From: Synechococcus sp. A15-28
Lineage (GTDB): Bacteria > Cyanobacteriota > Cyanobacteriia > PCC-6307 > Cyanobiaceae
Direction: 5' to 3'
Assembly: GCF_014280175.1 (NCBI RefSeq)
Contig: NZ_CP047931.1
Coordinates: 2,130,001 to 2,162,000, forward strand
DNA length: 32,000 nucleotides
Part shown: one piece after another, positions 9,586 through 20,984 of the stretch
Layout of the letters: every line of letters begins with the position of its first letter
Numbering within the stretch: position 1 is the first letter of the stretch
Notes under the pieces: model-generated
What the model saw: only the letters and a program-made list of their open reading frames with translations
What the model was told of the DNA's origin: nothing
The model's database searches: none
Translations under genes and position numbers: made by a program

Positions 9586-12291
9586 CTACGACTCCACAGG
9601 CTCAAACGCCAATGAGCTGCCGTCGTCTGTTCCGCAACGAACCCGGATGCCCCGCGCCGAACGGAAACGATCCTCCAGCAGTTGGGTGGCCAGTGGGTTC
9701 TCCAGTTGACGCCGCAGCACCCGGCGCAACGGACGGGCGCCGTACTCCGGTTCATGGCCCTGACGGGCCAGCGAATCCGCCACTGCATCGTCCACATCCA
9801 ATGACAGCCCCTGTTCCGCCATCAGGGAGGCGAGATCGGCCAGTTGCAAACGCACGATCCGCACCAGATCCTTCACCTCCAAAGGGCGGAAGCGAATCAC
9901 TTCATCGATCCGATTGAGAAACTCCGGACGGAACTGACTGGCCAGGGCCGCATCCACCTGCTGCTGGAGCTGGTCGTCATCGCTGGAACCGGACCGGGCG
10001 TGCTCAAGGATCGCCGGGCTGGCCAGGTTGCTGGTCATCACCACCACGGTGTGGCGGAAATCAACGGTCCGCCCCTGGGAATCGGTGAGTCGGCCGTCGT
10101 CCAGAACCTGCAGCAGCAGATTGAACACATCCGGGTGAGCTTTCTCCACTTCATCCAGAAGCAACACGGCGTACGGGCGCCGGCGCACCGCCTCGGTGAG
10201 CTGCCCCCCCTCCTCGTATCCGACGTAGCCCGGCGGAGCACCGATCAGGCGTGCCGAAGCGTTGCGCTCCATCAACTCGCTCATGTCGAGGCGCACCAGG
10301 GCTTCCTCCTCATCAAACAGAGACGTAGCCAGTGCCTTGGCCAGCTCCGTTTTGCCAACACCCGTCGGGCCAAGAAACAGGAACGAACCCACGGGCCGAC
10401 GGGGATCCTTCATCCCGGCCCGCGCCCGTCGGATCGCTGCGGAAACGGCGGCCACCGCTTCCGCCTGGCCGATCACCCGCTCCGCCAAGTGACTCTCCAA
10501 GGCCAGCAGCTTGCGACGTTCTCCCGCTAGGAGGCGCTGCACTGGAATCCCGGTCCAACGGGCCACCAAATCAGCGATGTCCCCCGCCTCCACCTGTTCC
10601 CGCAGCAGTGCCGTCCCCGATGCCTGCGCCTCGGACTGACTGTCTTCCAACGCCTCCCGGCGCTGCTGCACGGTGTGCAGCTGGTCGTACTGCAACCGAG
10701 CGGCCTCCTCCAGATCCCCCTGTCGTTCCGCCTCGGCGATGGCATGACGCAGGTCTTCGTCCTGCTGCAGCAACTGACCAAGCTCCTCCAGCTGGGTGCG
10801 CTCCTCCTGCCAACGCCGGCGCAGATCATCCAGCCGGGAGGACACTTCCAGACGTTGACGCTGCAGCTGGATCCGCTCCTCCTCCGGTGATTGTTCCGCC
10901 GCCAGCAGCGCCAGTTCCACCCGGCGCAGGTCCGCCTCAGCCTCCTCCACCACCTGTGGCTTGGAGGTGACTTCGATCTTCAGCTGAGCCGCGGCCTCGT
11001 CAATCAGATCGATCGCCTTGTCCGGCAGGCAACGGTCGCTGATGTAGCGATCCGCCAATCGATTGGCGGTCTGAATCGCCTCGTCGGTGATGGTGACGCC
11101 ATGGTGAAGCTCGTAGCGCTCCCGCAGGCCCCGCAGGATCTCCAGGCTGAGTTCCAGATCCGGTTCGCGGATCAGCACCTGCTGAAAACGACGGTTGAGG
11201 GCAGGGTCCTTTTCGACAGTGCGTCGGTACTCCTCCGGCGTGGTCGCGCCGATACAGCGCAGGTCCCCCCGCGCCAGGGCGGGCTTGAGCAGGCTGCCCG
11301 CATCGGTGCTGCTGCGGTCGCTTCCAACGATGGTGTGGAGCTCGTCGATGAAGAGCACCACCCCGGAATCGGAGCGACTCACCTCCTCGAGGACAGAGCG
11401 CAGGCGTTCCTCGAACTGACCGCGGAATTTGGCCCCGGCGATCAGGGCACCCAGATCAAGGGCAATCAGTCGAAGCCCCTGCAACGAGTCCGGCACCTCA
11501 CCGGCCACGATCCGCTGGGCCAGGAGCTCGGCGATGGCCGTCTTGCCGACGCCGGGTTCCCCGATCAGCACCGGATTGTTCTTGCTGCGGCGGGACAGCA
11601 CCTTGATCAGGTTGCGAATCTCGCTGTCGCGACCGATCACCGGATCGAGGGAACCAGCCTCTGCCTCCTCAGTGAGATCACGGCCAAAAGCTTCAAGGGC
11701 CGAGGGCTCCTGCTCCAGTTCAACCGGGGGCTGGGCAGGGGTGGGGACAGACGGCTGAACCGATGGCGTCGGCTCTGGAGCCATCACACGGGGGGGCGGT
11801 GCCGGTTGAGGCGTCGGAGCTGGGGTCGGAACAACCGACGGCTGCTGCAGCAGGCTCTCCAGCCGATCAGCCGCAAGGCCCTGGGCCGCAAACAACTCGG
11901 CCCCGATGCGGGGGTCGGCACCAACCGCAACGACCAGCTGAGGCACATCGATCAAACGATCCCCCCAGCGGCCTCGGATCTGCTCAGCGGTCTCCAGCAG
12001 CTGCTCCAGGTCTTCACCGATGAACAACTGATCACCCCGCGCCGGAGGCTGAGCCGCCAGCACATCCTCCAGACGATCCAGGAGATCATCCGAGCGCAGC
12101 GGCAGCGGATCCACCCAGCGCCTGAAGGCCGAATCACTGAACAGCACCTGGATCAGATGCTCAACATCCAGCTGGTCATGGCGCCAGCGACGGGCCATGT
12201 CCTGACCAGCCAGCAGAAGCTCCCAGGCGGGATCGGAAAAACGGTCAGGCTCGTGGGTGAGGCTGCCGCGGGAGGCGGGGGTGCCGGTCAT
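9586..12291 (-). CDS. ClpB/Hsp104-family AAA+ chaperone ATPase (divergent ClpB2-like)
   Basis: Two Walker A motifs ([19 protein letters not shown]), two Walker B motifs ([18 protein letters not shown]), coiled-coil middle domain and [10 protein letters not shown]-type C-terminal domain ([15 protein letters not shown]). Confidence 0.93.
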   Translation of the reverse strand: MTGTPASRGSLTHEPDRFSDPAWELLLAGQDMARRWRHDQLDVEHLIQVLFSDSAFRRWVDPLPLRSDDLLDRLEDVLAAQPPARGDQLFIGEDLEQLLETAEQIRGRWGDRLIDVPQLVVAVGADPRIGAELFAAQGLAADRLESLLQQPSVVPTPAPTPQPAPPPRVMAPEPTPSVQPSVPTPAQPPVELEQEPSALEAFGRDLTEEAEAGSLDPVIGRDSEIRNLIKVLSRRSKNNPVLIGEPGVGKTAIAELLAQRIVAGEVPDSLQGLRLIALDLGALIAGAKFRGQFEERLRSVLEEVSRSDSGVVLFIDELHTIVGSDRSSTDAGSLLKPALARGDLRCIGATTPEEYRRTVEKDPALNRRFQQVLIREPDLELSLEILRGLRERYELHHGVTITDEAIQTANRLADRYISDRCLPDKAIDLIDEAAAQLKIEVTSKPQVVEEAEADLRRVELALLAAEQSPEEERIQLQRQRLEVSSRLDDLRRRWQEERTQLEELGQLLQQDEDLRHAIAEAERQGDLEEAARLQYDQLHTVQQRREALEDSQSEAQASGTALLREQVEAGDIADLVARWTGIPVQRLLAGERRKLLALESHLAERVIGQAEAVAAVSAAIRRARAGMKDPRRPVGSFLFLGPTGVGKTELAKALATSLFDEEEALVRLDMSELMERNASARLIGAPPGYVGYEEGGQLTEAVRRRPYAVLLLDEVEKAHPDVFNLLLQVLDDGRLTDSQGRTVDFRHTVVVMTSNLASPAILEHARSGSSDDDQLQQQVDAALASQFRPEFLNRIDEVIRFRPLEVKDLVRIVRLQLADLASLMAEQGLSLDVDDAVADSLARQGHEPEYGARPLRRVLRRQLENPLATQLLEDRFRSARGIRVRCGTDDGSSLAFEPVES

Positions 12292-12686
12292 GCAGCGGCG
12301 AGGGTGGAGATCTCGATCAACTCCACCTTGTAGCCGTCAGGGTCCTCCACGAACGCAATCACCGTGGAACCGTGCTTCATCGGCCCCGGCTCACGCACCA
12401 CCCGGCCACCCTTGCCACTGATGGCGGCGCAAGCGCTGCGGATATCATGCACTCCAAGGGCGATATGGCCATAGGCATTGCCGAGGTCATAGGAACTGGT
12501 GTCCCAGTTGTGGGTGAGCTCCAGCACCGTCTGCTCCGACTCCGGCCCGTAACCAACGAAGGCCAGGGTGAAACGACCGGTGGGGTAGTCCTTGCGCCGC
12601 AGCAGCTGCATGCCGAGCACCTCGGTGTAGAAGGCGATGGATTGGTCCAGATCCCCGACCCGGAGCATGGTGTGAAGCATCCGCAT
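12288..12686 (-). CDS. gloA: lactoylglutathione lyase (glyoxalase I)
   Basis: [47 protein letters not shown]...[14 protein letters not shown]. The long 12288-13895 track ORF is a shadow extension across eno. Confidence 0.94.
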   Translation of the reverse strand: MRMLHTMLRVGDLDQSIAFYTEVLGMQLLRRKDYPTGRFTLAFVGYGPESEQTVLELTHNWDTSSYDLGNAYGHIALGVHDIRSACAAISGKGGRVVREPGPMKHGSTVIAFVEDPDGYKVELIEISTLAAA

Positions 12687-12770
12687 GGGGCGCGGTTTCC
12701 TGACGTGAACGTTCAAGCATTCTGGCCGGGTGCCAACGGTCACAATGCGAGAGCAGGGGGCGACCCATAA

Positions 12771-14090
<1,320 letters not shown>

Positions 14091-14106
14091 TCGGCAAGCG
14101 TTGCCC

Positions 14107-15759
14107 TCAGCGATTGGAGCCAGGCAACTGCTCCAGTCGCTGGTCCCGGCGAATGCGCACTTGCATGCGGAACCAACCCATGCCCACGGGTATTGCGGCA
14201 GCAGCAGGAAGCACGGCCCAGAGCGGTCGAACACTGGCGCCGACGATGGCAGTGGACAGGGCCAGGCAGCCCAGCAGCACCGACTGACCGATGGACTGCT
14301 GCGCCAGCGTCATGCGTCGGAACTGGCGATCGGACTCTCCCAGACGCACTTGCAGCTGCAGATCACCCTGCTCCAGCCGTTCCAGACTCTCGTCCAGACG
14401 ACGGGGGAGGGCCGCAGCGCGGCTGCTCAACGCTCCCACCTGACGTCCAAGTTCATTGAACAGGTCGCTGGAGCCGGATCCGCTCGACGTCATCAGAGGA
14501 AGGAGGTAAGGCTTAGCTATCGCTACGAGGCTAAAAGCCGGATCGAGGCTGCGGCCGACGCCCTCAAAGGTCGAGAGTGCCCGCATGACGAAGATCAGCT
14601 CCACCGGCAGGCGAAACGGCTGGCCATACACCAGGTCGTAGAGGTCACCGGAGAGCTTGTCGATCACATTGCTGCTGAAGGGAGGGGTGAGGGCCTCCTT
14701 GAGCATCAAACGCACCAACCGGCGGACCGGGCCGACATCAATGCCCCTGGAGATGACCCCCGCCGCCTGCATCTCCTGCACCAGCGCGGCCGAATCTCTC
14801 GCTGCAGCCGCCCGCACCATGGAGCCCAGCCGACGGCGCAGGCCATCGGAGAGCAGCCCCATCATCCCGAAGTCGTAGTAGATGAGAGCGCCATCACTGG
14901 CCACCGCCAGATTGCCGGGATGGGGGTCAGCGTGGAAGAAGCCAAAGCGCACCAACTGCTTGAGGTAGCTGGCTGCTCCGATTTCCGCCACAGCAGAGGG
15001 ATCGATGCCGGCGTCCAGCAGCGCCTCCCGGTCGTTGACCTTGATTCCCGGCAAATAATCAAGGCAAAGCACCCGACGGGTGCTTTGCTCCCAAACCACC
15101 GCAGGAATGCGGATGCGCTCGTCGTCGAGGAACTGCTGACGGAAGCGGGCTGCGTACTGCGCCTCAACCCTGAAATCCAGTTCCCGCAACAACACCCGCC
15201 GACACTCCCGTGCCATCGCCGGCCAGTCGCGCCCGCGCCCCCAACTTGGGTGACGCTGAAGCACTGCCGCCACCTGCTGCATCACCTCCAGATCCAGCCG
15301 GAACAACGTGTCGAGCCCGGGCCGTTGGATCTTCAGCACCACCTGCCGGCCACTGCGCAGGCTGGCCCGGTGCACCTGGGCCAAAGAGGCGGCACCCAAA
15401 GGCACCGGATCGAGGTCAATCACTTCGGCGCAACGGGGCCCCAGCTCCTCTTCCAGGACGGTTTGCACCTGCTCAAAGGGAAACGCGGGAACGCTGTCCT
15501 GCAGGGACGCCAACTCCGCCACCCAGCCGGCCGGGAGGATGTCCGGGCGTGCAGAGAGCAACTGCCCCAGCTTGATGAAGGCCGAGCCCAGCCGCAGCAG
15601 CTCAGCGGTCAGCCAGCGCGCCCGCGCCTGCTGCCTCGCGGCGCGACTGTTCGCGGTCTGCCCACCTCGGTAGGTCCAGGCCTGGCTGTCCCACCACAGG
15701 AACAGCAGCAAGGTGAGGACGGCGCGCCAGATCCGCAGCCCCCGCAGCATCCGACCCAT
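14107..15759 (-). CDS. ABC1/AarF/UbiB-family atypical protein kinase
   Basis: FIKLGQLLSARPDILP, LASLQDSVPAFP, VVLKIQRPGL, GFFHADPHPGNLAV, YYDFGMMG. Confidence 0.94.
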   Translation of the reverse strand: MGRMLRGLRIWRAVLTLLLFLWWDSQAWTYRGGQTANSRAARQQARARWLTAELLRLGSAFIKLGQLLSARPDILPAGWVAELASLQDSVPAFPFEQVQTVLEEELGPRCAEVIDLDPVPLGAASLAQVHRASLRSGRQVVLKIQRPGLDTLFRLDLEVMQQVAAVLQRHPSWGRGRDWPAMARECRRVLLRELDFRVEAQYAARFRQQFLDDERIRIPAVVWEQSTRRVLCLDYLPGIKVNDREALLDAGIDPSAVAEIGAASYLKQLVRFGFFHADPHPGNLAVASDGALIYYDFGMMGLLSDGLRRRLGSMVRAAAARDSAALVQEMQAAGVISRGIDVGPVRRLVRLMLKEALTPPFSSNVIDKLSGDLYDLVYGQPFRLPVELIFVMRALSTFEGVGRSLDPAFSLVAIAKPYLLPLMTSSGSGSSDLFNELGRQVGALSSRAAALPRRLDESLERLEQGDLQLQVRLGESDRQFRRMTLAQQSIGQSVLLGCLALSTAIVGASVRPLWAVLPAAAAIPVGMGWFRMQVRIRRDQRLEQLPGSNR

Positions 15760-16136
15760 CAGGAGCGGGCCTCAAGGGCACGGTTGATCTCGGCGATGGA
15801 GGCGCGCAGGCGATCCACCATCTCCTGAGGAGAGCTCGGGTTTGAATCGGTGCTGATGACGGCGGACTCAACGCAGGAATCGGATGCTGGAGGTGGAGGA
15901 GCGTCGCCATGTTCCAGTCGCTCGGCTTCCGCCCGAACCTCGTCCTGGAACAGCTCCCATTCCTGGCGCAGGCGCTCCGGAGCATCCTGAGCGAGCACGG
16001 CAATCTCAGCCGCTGCGTCCGCCAGACCATGACCCAGGCGGGCACTGATCCGGTTGACGGTGGCACGGATGAACGCGTCCGAAGACCCCATGAGCGCCTC
16101 GAGAAGGAGGAAACTCTGGCAGATCCGTTGGTTCAA
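15759..16136 (-). CDS. hypothetical protein (125 aa)
   Basis: Intact ORF abutting the ABC1 kinase gene in the same direction; the start could be the internal Met (MGSSDAFIRATVNR). Confidence 0.6.
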   Translation of the reverse strand: MNQRICQSFLLLEALMGSSDAFIRATVNRISARLGHGLADAAAEIAVLAQDAPERLRQEWELFQDEVRAEAERLEHGDAPPPPASDSCVESAVISTDSNPSSPQEMVDRLRASIAEINRALEARS

Positions 16137-16141
16137 CCGAG

Positions 16142-16738
16142 CTACGGATTGGGGGCTGCTACCGGTTCCAGGGGAACAAAGAATTCGTCCTGATCAACGC
16201 TCACCTCAGAGTCCGTCGCCTCCAGCACTGGATCAATGGGATTGAAAGGGTCAACCGAAGGATCCACCAATGGATCGATCAAGGCAGCCGGTTCAGGCTG
16301 AGGCTCCTCTGGCCACAGCTGTTCGGGTTGCGTCCAAGCCGGTGCAGTCCAGGTGGGCTCAGGTAAGGGCGCCTGCAAGGCCAGTTCCTCCTTGCGGGCT
16401 AATTCCGCCTGAAGGCGGGCTTGCTCTTCAGCCTTGGCTTTGGCCTGACGCTCTGCCTCTTCCTTGGCTTCGATGGCGGCAACATCCACCATCAGAGGGA
16501 CCTTGCTGCCATTCGCTTGGCGCAGCGACGCCAGCGATTCACCTGGAAACGCGAGACCGGCAAAGGGCTCCGGCTGGCGTGGGGGGTCAGGGTTGGTTTG
16601 CAGGGTCACTACCCGATGGGTAATGCCATAGCCCAAGGAAAAACAACAACCGGTCACCAAGGGGCCGACCCAAAAGCGTGGTCGGCGCCTCTGCGCTGCC
16701 TCGACCTTGGTTTCGCTGGGCTCGGTGGGTTGGTTCAT
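16142..16738 (-). CDS. hypothetical single-TM protein with Ala/Glu/Lys-rich and Pro-rich C-terminal region
   Basis: MNQPTEPSETKVEAAQRRRPRFWVGPLVTGCCFSLGYGITHRVVTLQ..., KEEAERQAKAKAEEQARLQAELARKEEL. Confidence 0.65.
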   Translation of the reverse strand: MNQPTEPSETKVEAAQRRRPRFWVGPLVTGCCFSLGYGITHRVVTLQTNPDPPRQPEPFAGLAFPGESLASLRQANGSKVPLMVDVAAIEAKEEAERQAKAKAEEQARLQAELARKEELALQAPLPEPTWTAPAWTQPEQLWPEEPQPEPAALIDPLVDPSVDPFNPIDPVLEATDSEVSVDQDEFFVPLEPVAAPNP

Positions 16739-16775
16739 GGCTCGATTTTTGCAGCCATTCGCAACCAGGCCAAGG

Positions 16776-18005
16776 TCAAGTGGTGTAGTCGGCGTTGATA
16801 CGCACGTATTGATCAGACAGGTCACAGCCCCAGGCACACCCCTGGCCGGGGCCAGCGCCCAGGTGGATCCGGATCACCACCGTTTCTTGCCGCAACACGG
16901 CACTGGCGGCCTCCCGATCGAAGGAGAGGGGCTGACCGGATTGCATCAATTGATGCGGGCCGATCCAGAGAGCGACGGCGTCCGGATCAAAGGCGACACC
17001 CGACCGGCCAGCGGCCGCAACGATCCGGCCCCAATTGGGATCCCGCCCATGGACAGCCGTTTTCACCAAGGAGGAGCCGGCGATGGTGCGGGCCACGCGC
17101 CGCGCTGCTGGTGCATCCGGAGCGCCCTCCACTTGCACCTCTATCAGACAGGTGGCCCCCTCGCCATCCCGGGCAATGGCCTTGGCCAAGTGCTGCATCG
17201 CTTCGATCAGCCCCTGCTCCAGAGCCGCATGGTGGGCCGAATCCAGCGGTGCACCAGCCGCAAAAGCCAGCACAGTGTCGTTGGTGCTGGTGTCGCCATC
17301 AACGGTGATGGCGTTGAAGGAGCGCTGCACCGCCCGGCTCACCATGGCGTTCCACAGCGACGGTTCAACACCGGCATCGCAGCTGAAGAAACCCAGCATG
17401 GTCGCCATGTCCGGATGGATCATTCCCGACCCCTTGGCCATCCCGCCAATACGCACCTTCCGCTCGCCAAGGTTGGCTTCCAACGCCACCTGTTTGTCCA
17501 CCAGATCGGTGGTGAGGATGGCGTTGGCAGCCGCCGCGCCAGCTTGCGCTGACATCGTCTCCACCAAGGGATCGAGCCCCGCCAGCAGTGTCGGCATCGG
17601 GATCGGCACGCCGATCACACCGGTCGAGCAGATCAACACCCCCTCGGCATCAAGCCCCAGGAGATCGGCGAGGGCCTGGGTGGCGCGCTGACTGTCGATC
17701 AGACCGCGGTCACCAGTGCAGGCATTGGCCTGCCCGGAATTGATCAGAACCGCTCTTGCCACTCCCCCCTTGGCGGCCAGACGTTCAGCGCAGAGATCCA
17801 CACAGGCCGCCCGCACGACGGAGGTGGTGAAGCTGCCGGCACAGACCGCTGGTTCGGGCGCCACCAGCAGGGCGAGGTCCGGCTTGCCGGAGGGCTTCAA
17901 ACCCACCGCGACACCCGATGCCTGAAAGCCCTGGGGAGCGGTGACACCTCCGGTGACCATCTGCCAGGGGGAATGCATGGCACAGCCGAGGGAAACTTGA
18001 ACCAT
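16776..18005 (-). CDS. argJ: bifunctional glutamate N-acetyltransferase / amino-acid acetyltransferase ArgJ
   Basis: GGVTAPQGFQASGVAVG, VLINSGQANACTGDRG, KGSGMIHPDMATMLGFFSCDA. The true start may be an internal Met near 17978. Confidence 0.95.
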   Translation of the reverse strand: MVQVSLGCAMHSPWQMVTGGVTAPQGFQASGVAVGLKPSGKPDLALLVAPEPAVCAGSFTTSVVRAACVDLCAERLAAKGGVARAVLINSGQANACTGDRGLIDSQRATQALADLLGLDAEGVLICSTGVIGVPIPMPTLLAGLDPLVETMSAQAGAAAANAILTTDLVDKQVALEANLGERKVRIGGMAKGSGMIHPDMATMLGFFSCDAGVEPSLWNAMVSRAVQRSFNAITVDGDTSTNDTVLAFAAGAPLDSAHHAALEQGLIEAMQHLAKAIARDGEGATCLIEVQVEGAPDAPAARRVARTIAGSSLVKTAVHGRDPNWGRIVAAAGRSGVAFDPDAVALWIGPHQLMQSGQPLSFDREAASAVLRQETVVIRIHLGAGPGQGCAWGCDLSDQYVRINADYTT

Positions 18006-18019
18006 CCTCCTTCGGCAGC

Positions 18020-18616
18020 ATGCAGCGCCGCATCGGCCTCACCGGTGGCATTGCCAGTGGAAAAAGCAGCGTCGGCCGTTTGCTCGAAGCACGGGGCTGG
18101 CCCGTGCTCGATGCCGATCAATACGCTCGCGACGCCTTGTCTCCGAACACGCCTGCATCAGAGGCGGTGATGGAGCGTTTCGGTTCAGCGGTGGGGACTG
18201 CCGCCCATCTGAACCGCAAAGCCCTCGGACGAATCGTGTTCAACGATTCCGTCGAACGCCGTTGGCTCGAGGCCTTGATTCATCCCGTCGTGCGGGACCG
18301 GTTTCAGCAGGAGCTGGAGCGGCGCAGCCATGAACCGGTGGTGGTGCTGATGATCCCTTTACTGTTCGAAGCAGGGTTGGAGTCTCTGTGCAGCGAAATC
18401 TGGCTCGTGAACTGCACACCCGAACAGCAACTGGCGCGGATGATGCAACGGGACGGGCTGACCGAGGAAGAAGCACAGGCACGACTGCTGGCGCAGTGGC
18501 CCCTTGCCCGTAAGCGGAACCTCGCAGACCAGGTCATTGAGAACAGCGGCGCACTCGATGCGCTGGTGGCAGCGGTCAACCGTTGCGACCCGGTTTCTCC
18601 CGGAACCACTTGGTGA
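18020..18616 (+). CDS. coaE: dephospho-CoA kinase
   Basis: RRIGLTGGIASGKSSVGRLLEARGWPVLDADQYAR, VVLMIPLLFEAGLESLCSEIWLVNCTPEQQLARMMQRDGLTEEEAQARL. Confidence 0.95.
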   Translation: MQRRIGLTGGIASGKSSVGRLLEARGWPVLDADQYARDALSPNTPASEAVMERFGSAVGTAAHLNRKALGRIVFNDSVERRWLEALIHPVVRDRFQQELERRSHEPVVVLMIPLLFEAGLESLCSEIWLVNCTPEQQLARMMQRDGLTEEEAQARLLAQWPLARKRNLADQVIENSGALDALVAAVNRCDPVSPGTTW

Positions 18617-19421
18617 TCACCCATTTACTGCCCTTCTCGACCGGTATGGCTTCATGCAAGGTGAAGGGATTGGGCGTGCCATCGGCCTGCAGATTGTTCC
18701 AAGCCAACGCAAGGCCAGGCACTGGCGTGAAACAGCGCCCAAGGCGCTTGAAGCAGGTCTCACCACCGCGTTCCACAGCGTTCAGATACACCATCAACGT
18801 CCAGGTGCGTTGCCCACCACTCGTGGTGTGTTTGGTGAATTCCTTGGTGCCGGGGGAAAACCAATCGGTGTGCTCCTTGAAGTACTCACCAGGGTCATAC
18901 CGCTGCCCCTGAATGGGTTCAGACAACCGCGGATCAACACCCAACAGTTCGGCAAATCGTTGATCCAATCGCGCCGCCAGGGCTGGGTGGTTCTGGCGCA
19001 GATGGCAGGTTCGACTGGTGCGGTAGTCACTGCTGCCTCGGGTGACCGTGGACGGTTTTAAAGAACTGTTGATTACCTCAATCACTTCCTCGCACTCGTC
19101 CCGGTCAAGCAGGTGCGGCAACTCATAAATCTGGGCCAGCGGAGTATCCAAACGCCAGGCTCTCGGCTGGTGATCCGGGCGTGTAATCGGAGCCTCAAAC
19201 CAGCCAAGCCAGTTCACCGATTGCAGCGATGGTTTGCTGTCAGCCAACTGCACGGGAGCAGTCTCTTGTGATGTTCCCTGATCGAGAACAGCCTCGATCG
19301 CCTCGCGATCGAAGCCCTGCGCCATCGCCCGGTCCACCAGGCCATCCCGCGCACAACCGCGATCACGGTTGTGCCGAAGCCAGTCACTCCAGGCGTCCGG
19401 AATGGCCCGACTGGCTGTCAT
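18576..19421 (-). CDS. 2OG-Fe(II) oxygenase, prolyl 4-hydroxylase-like
   Basis: GQRYDPGEYFKEHTDWF...GGQRTWTLMVYLNAVERGGETCFKRL...LHEAIPVEKGSKWVITKWFREK; HxD...H and K/R motif of the P4H double-stranded beta-helix. Confidence 0.88.
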   Translation of the reverse strand: MTASRAIPDAWSDWLRHNRDRGCARDGLVDRAMAQGFDREAIEAVLDQGTSQETAPVQLADSKPSLQSVNWLGWFEAPITRPDHQPRAWRLDTPLAQIYELPHLLDRDECEEVIEVINSSLKPSTVTRGSSDYRTSRTCHLRQNHPALAARLDQRFAELLGVDPRLSEPIQGQRYDPGEYFKEHTDWFSPGTKEFTKHTTSGGQRTWTLMVYLNAVERGGETCFKRLGRCFTPVPGLALAWNNLQADGTPNPFTLHEAIPVEKGSKWVITKWFREKPGRNG

Positions 19422-20899
19422 TCCCCTTTCAGTTTTCTGCTCAAAATCTGATTGGCCAACTTGGGATCTGCCTTACCCCCGGTCTTCTTCATCAATTGAC
19501 CCACGAAGAAGCCCTGAAGCTTGTTTTTGCCGCCACGGAATGCCTCCACTTCATCGGGGTGAGCCACCAGCAGTTCATCCACGATCGCCTCAATGGCCGC
19601 CGGGTCACTGATCATGCCGAGCCCGCGCTCATCAACAATGGCCTTGGGTGAACCGCCCTTCTCCAGAAGTTCTGGAAGGATGTCCTTGGCGATCTTGCCG
19701 CTGATCTTGCCGCCATCGATCAACATCACCATCTCGGAAAGCTGTTCAGGCCGAAACGGCAGCTCGCTGTAGCTCAACCGCTGGGAATTCACGTAGGCGG
19801 CGATATCCCCAGTGATCCAGTTGGCTGAAAGCTTGGCATCGGCACCGGCAGCCACCACGGCTTCGTAGTAGTCGGCCATGGGCCGTTCGTCCGTCAGCAC
19901 CCGGGCGTCGTATTGCGACAAACCCAGATCATCGGCGTAGCGATGGCGCTTGGCCGCTGGCAGTTCCGGCAGTTCGGCACGCCAACCCTCCCGCTGCTCA
20001 GCACTGACCTCAATCGGGCCTAAGTCGGGATCAGGGAAATAGCGGTAATCGCTGGCACCCTCTTTGCTGCGCATGCTCTTGGTGAGCTGCTTGCCCTCGT
20101 CCCAGAGGCGGGTTTCCTGCACGATCGTCTCGCCCGCTTCAATCGCCTTCACCTGACGCTTGATCTCGTACTCACACGCCTTCTGAATGGCGGAGAAGGA
20201 GTTCATGTTCTTGATCTCAACCTTCGTCCCGAAGGGAGCATCGGGCCCTCGGCGCACGGAGATGTTGACGTCACAGCGCAGGGAGCCTTCCTGCATATTT
20301 CCATCCGAAACACCCAGATACCGCATAATCCGGCGGATCTCTGAGGCGTATTCGGCCGCTTCACGGCCGGTGCGCAGGTCCGGCTTGCTTACGATCTCCG
20401 CCAAAGCCACCCCAGCGCGGTTGTAGTCCACAAGGGAATGGGTGGAGCCTGCCAGGCGGTCACTTCCGGCGTGCACAAGCTTGCCCGCGTCCTCCTCCAT
20501 GTGAAGGCGTTCGATCCCAATGGTCTTCAGGTAGGTGTCCTTGCCTTTCTCAGCCACCTCCACCTCAATCCAACCCTCCTCGGCGATGGGCTCGTCGTAC
20601 TGGGAGATCTGGTAGTTCTTGGGCAGATCCGGATAGAAATACTGTTTGCGGTCGAACTTGCTGTGCTCAGCGATCTTGAGGTTCAGCGCCATCGCCGCCT
20701 TGACGGCGTACTCGAGCACCTTTTGATTCAGCACCGGCAGCGTCCCTGGCAGTCCGCAGACCACCGGATCGATGTGGGTGTTGGGGTCGTCTCCAAACGA
20801 GGTGGATGCCGACGTGAAGATCTTGCTGTCGGTCCCCAGCTGCACATGGGTTTCCAGGCCAATCACGGCTTCCCAGGCGGGCTCTGCTGCGACCATCAC
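19418..20899 (-). CDS. gatB: aspartyl/glutamyl-tRNA amidotransferase subunit B
   Basis: WEAVIGLETHVQLGTDSKIF, VVCGLPGTLPVLNQK, SFSAIQKACEYEIKRQ, FVGQLMKKTGGKADPKLANQILSRKL. Confidence 0.97.
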   Translation of the reverse strand: MMVAAEPAWEAVIGLETHVQLGTDSKIFTSASTSFGDDPNTHIDPVVCGLPGTLPVLNQKVLEYAVKAAMALNLKIAEHSKFDRKQYFYPDLPKNYQISQYDEPIAEEGWIEVEVAEKGKDTYLKTIGIERLHMEEDAGKLVHAGSDRLAGSTHSLVDYNRAGVALAEIVSKPDLRTGREAAEYASEIRRIMRYLGVSDGNMQEGSLRCDVNISVRRGPDAPFGTKVEIKNMNSFSAIQKACEYEIKRQVKAIEAGETIVQETRLWDEGKQLTKSMRSKEGASDYRYFPDPDLGPIEVSAEQREGWRAELPELPAAKRHRYADDLGLSQYDARVLTDERPMADYYEAVVAAGADAKLSANWITGDIAAYVNSQRLSYSELPFRPEQLSEMVMLIDGGKISGKIAKDILPELLEKGGSPKAIVDERGLGMISDPAAIEAIVDELLVAHPDEVEAFRGGKNKLQGFFVGQLMKKTGGKADPKLANQILSRKLKGE

Positions 20900-20984
20900 G
20901 GCAATGCATCGATCTGAGTGATCCTATGGAAAGGAGGAGCCCTGAAACGCCCTTGTTGAGACCCTCAGCTCAGTCACGAATGCC

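Noticed and set aside
10891-12333. 480-aa plus-strand ORF across clpB
   Set aside because: Antisense to well-conserved ClpB motifs, with Gln/Arg/His-rich composition typical of a GC-rich shadow ORF.
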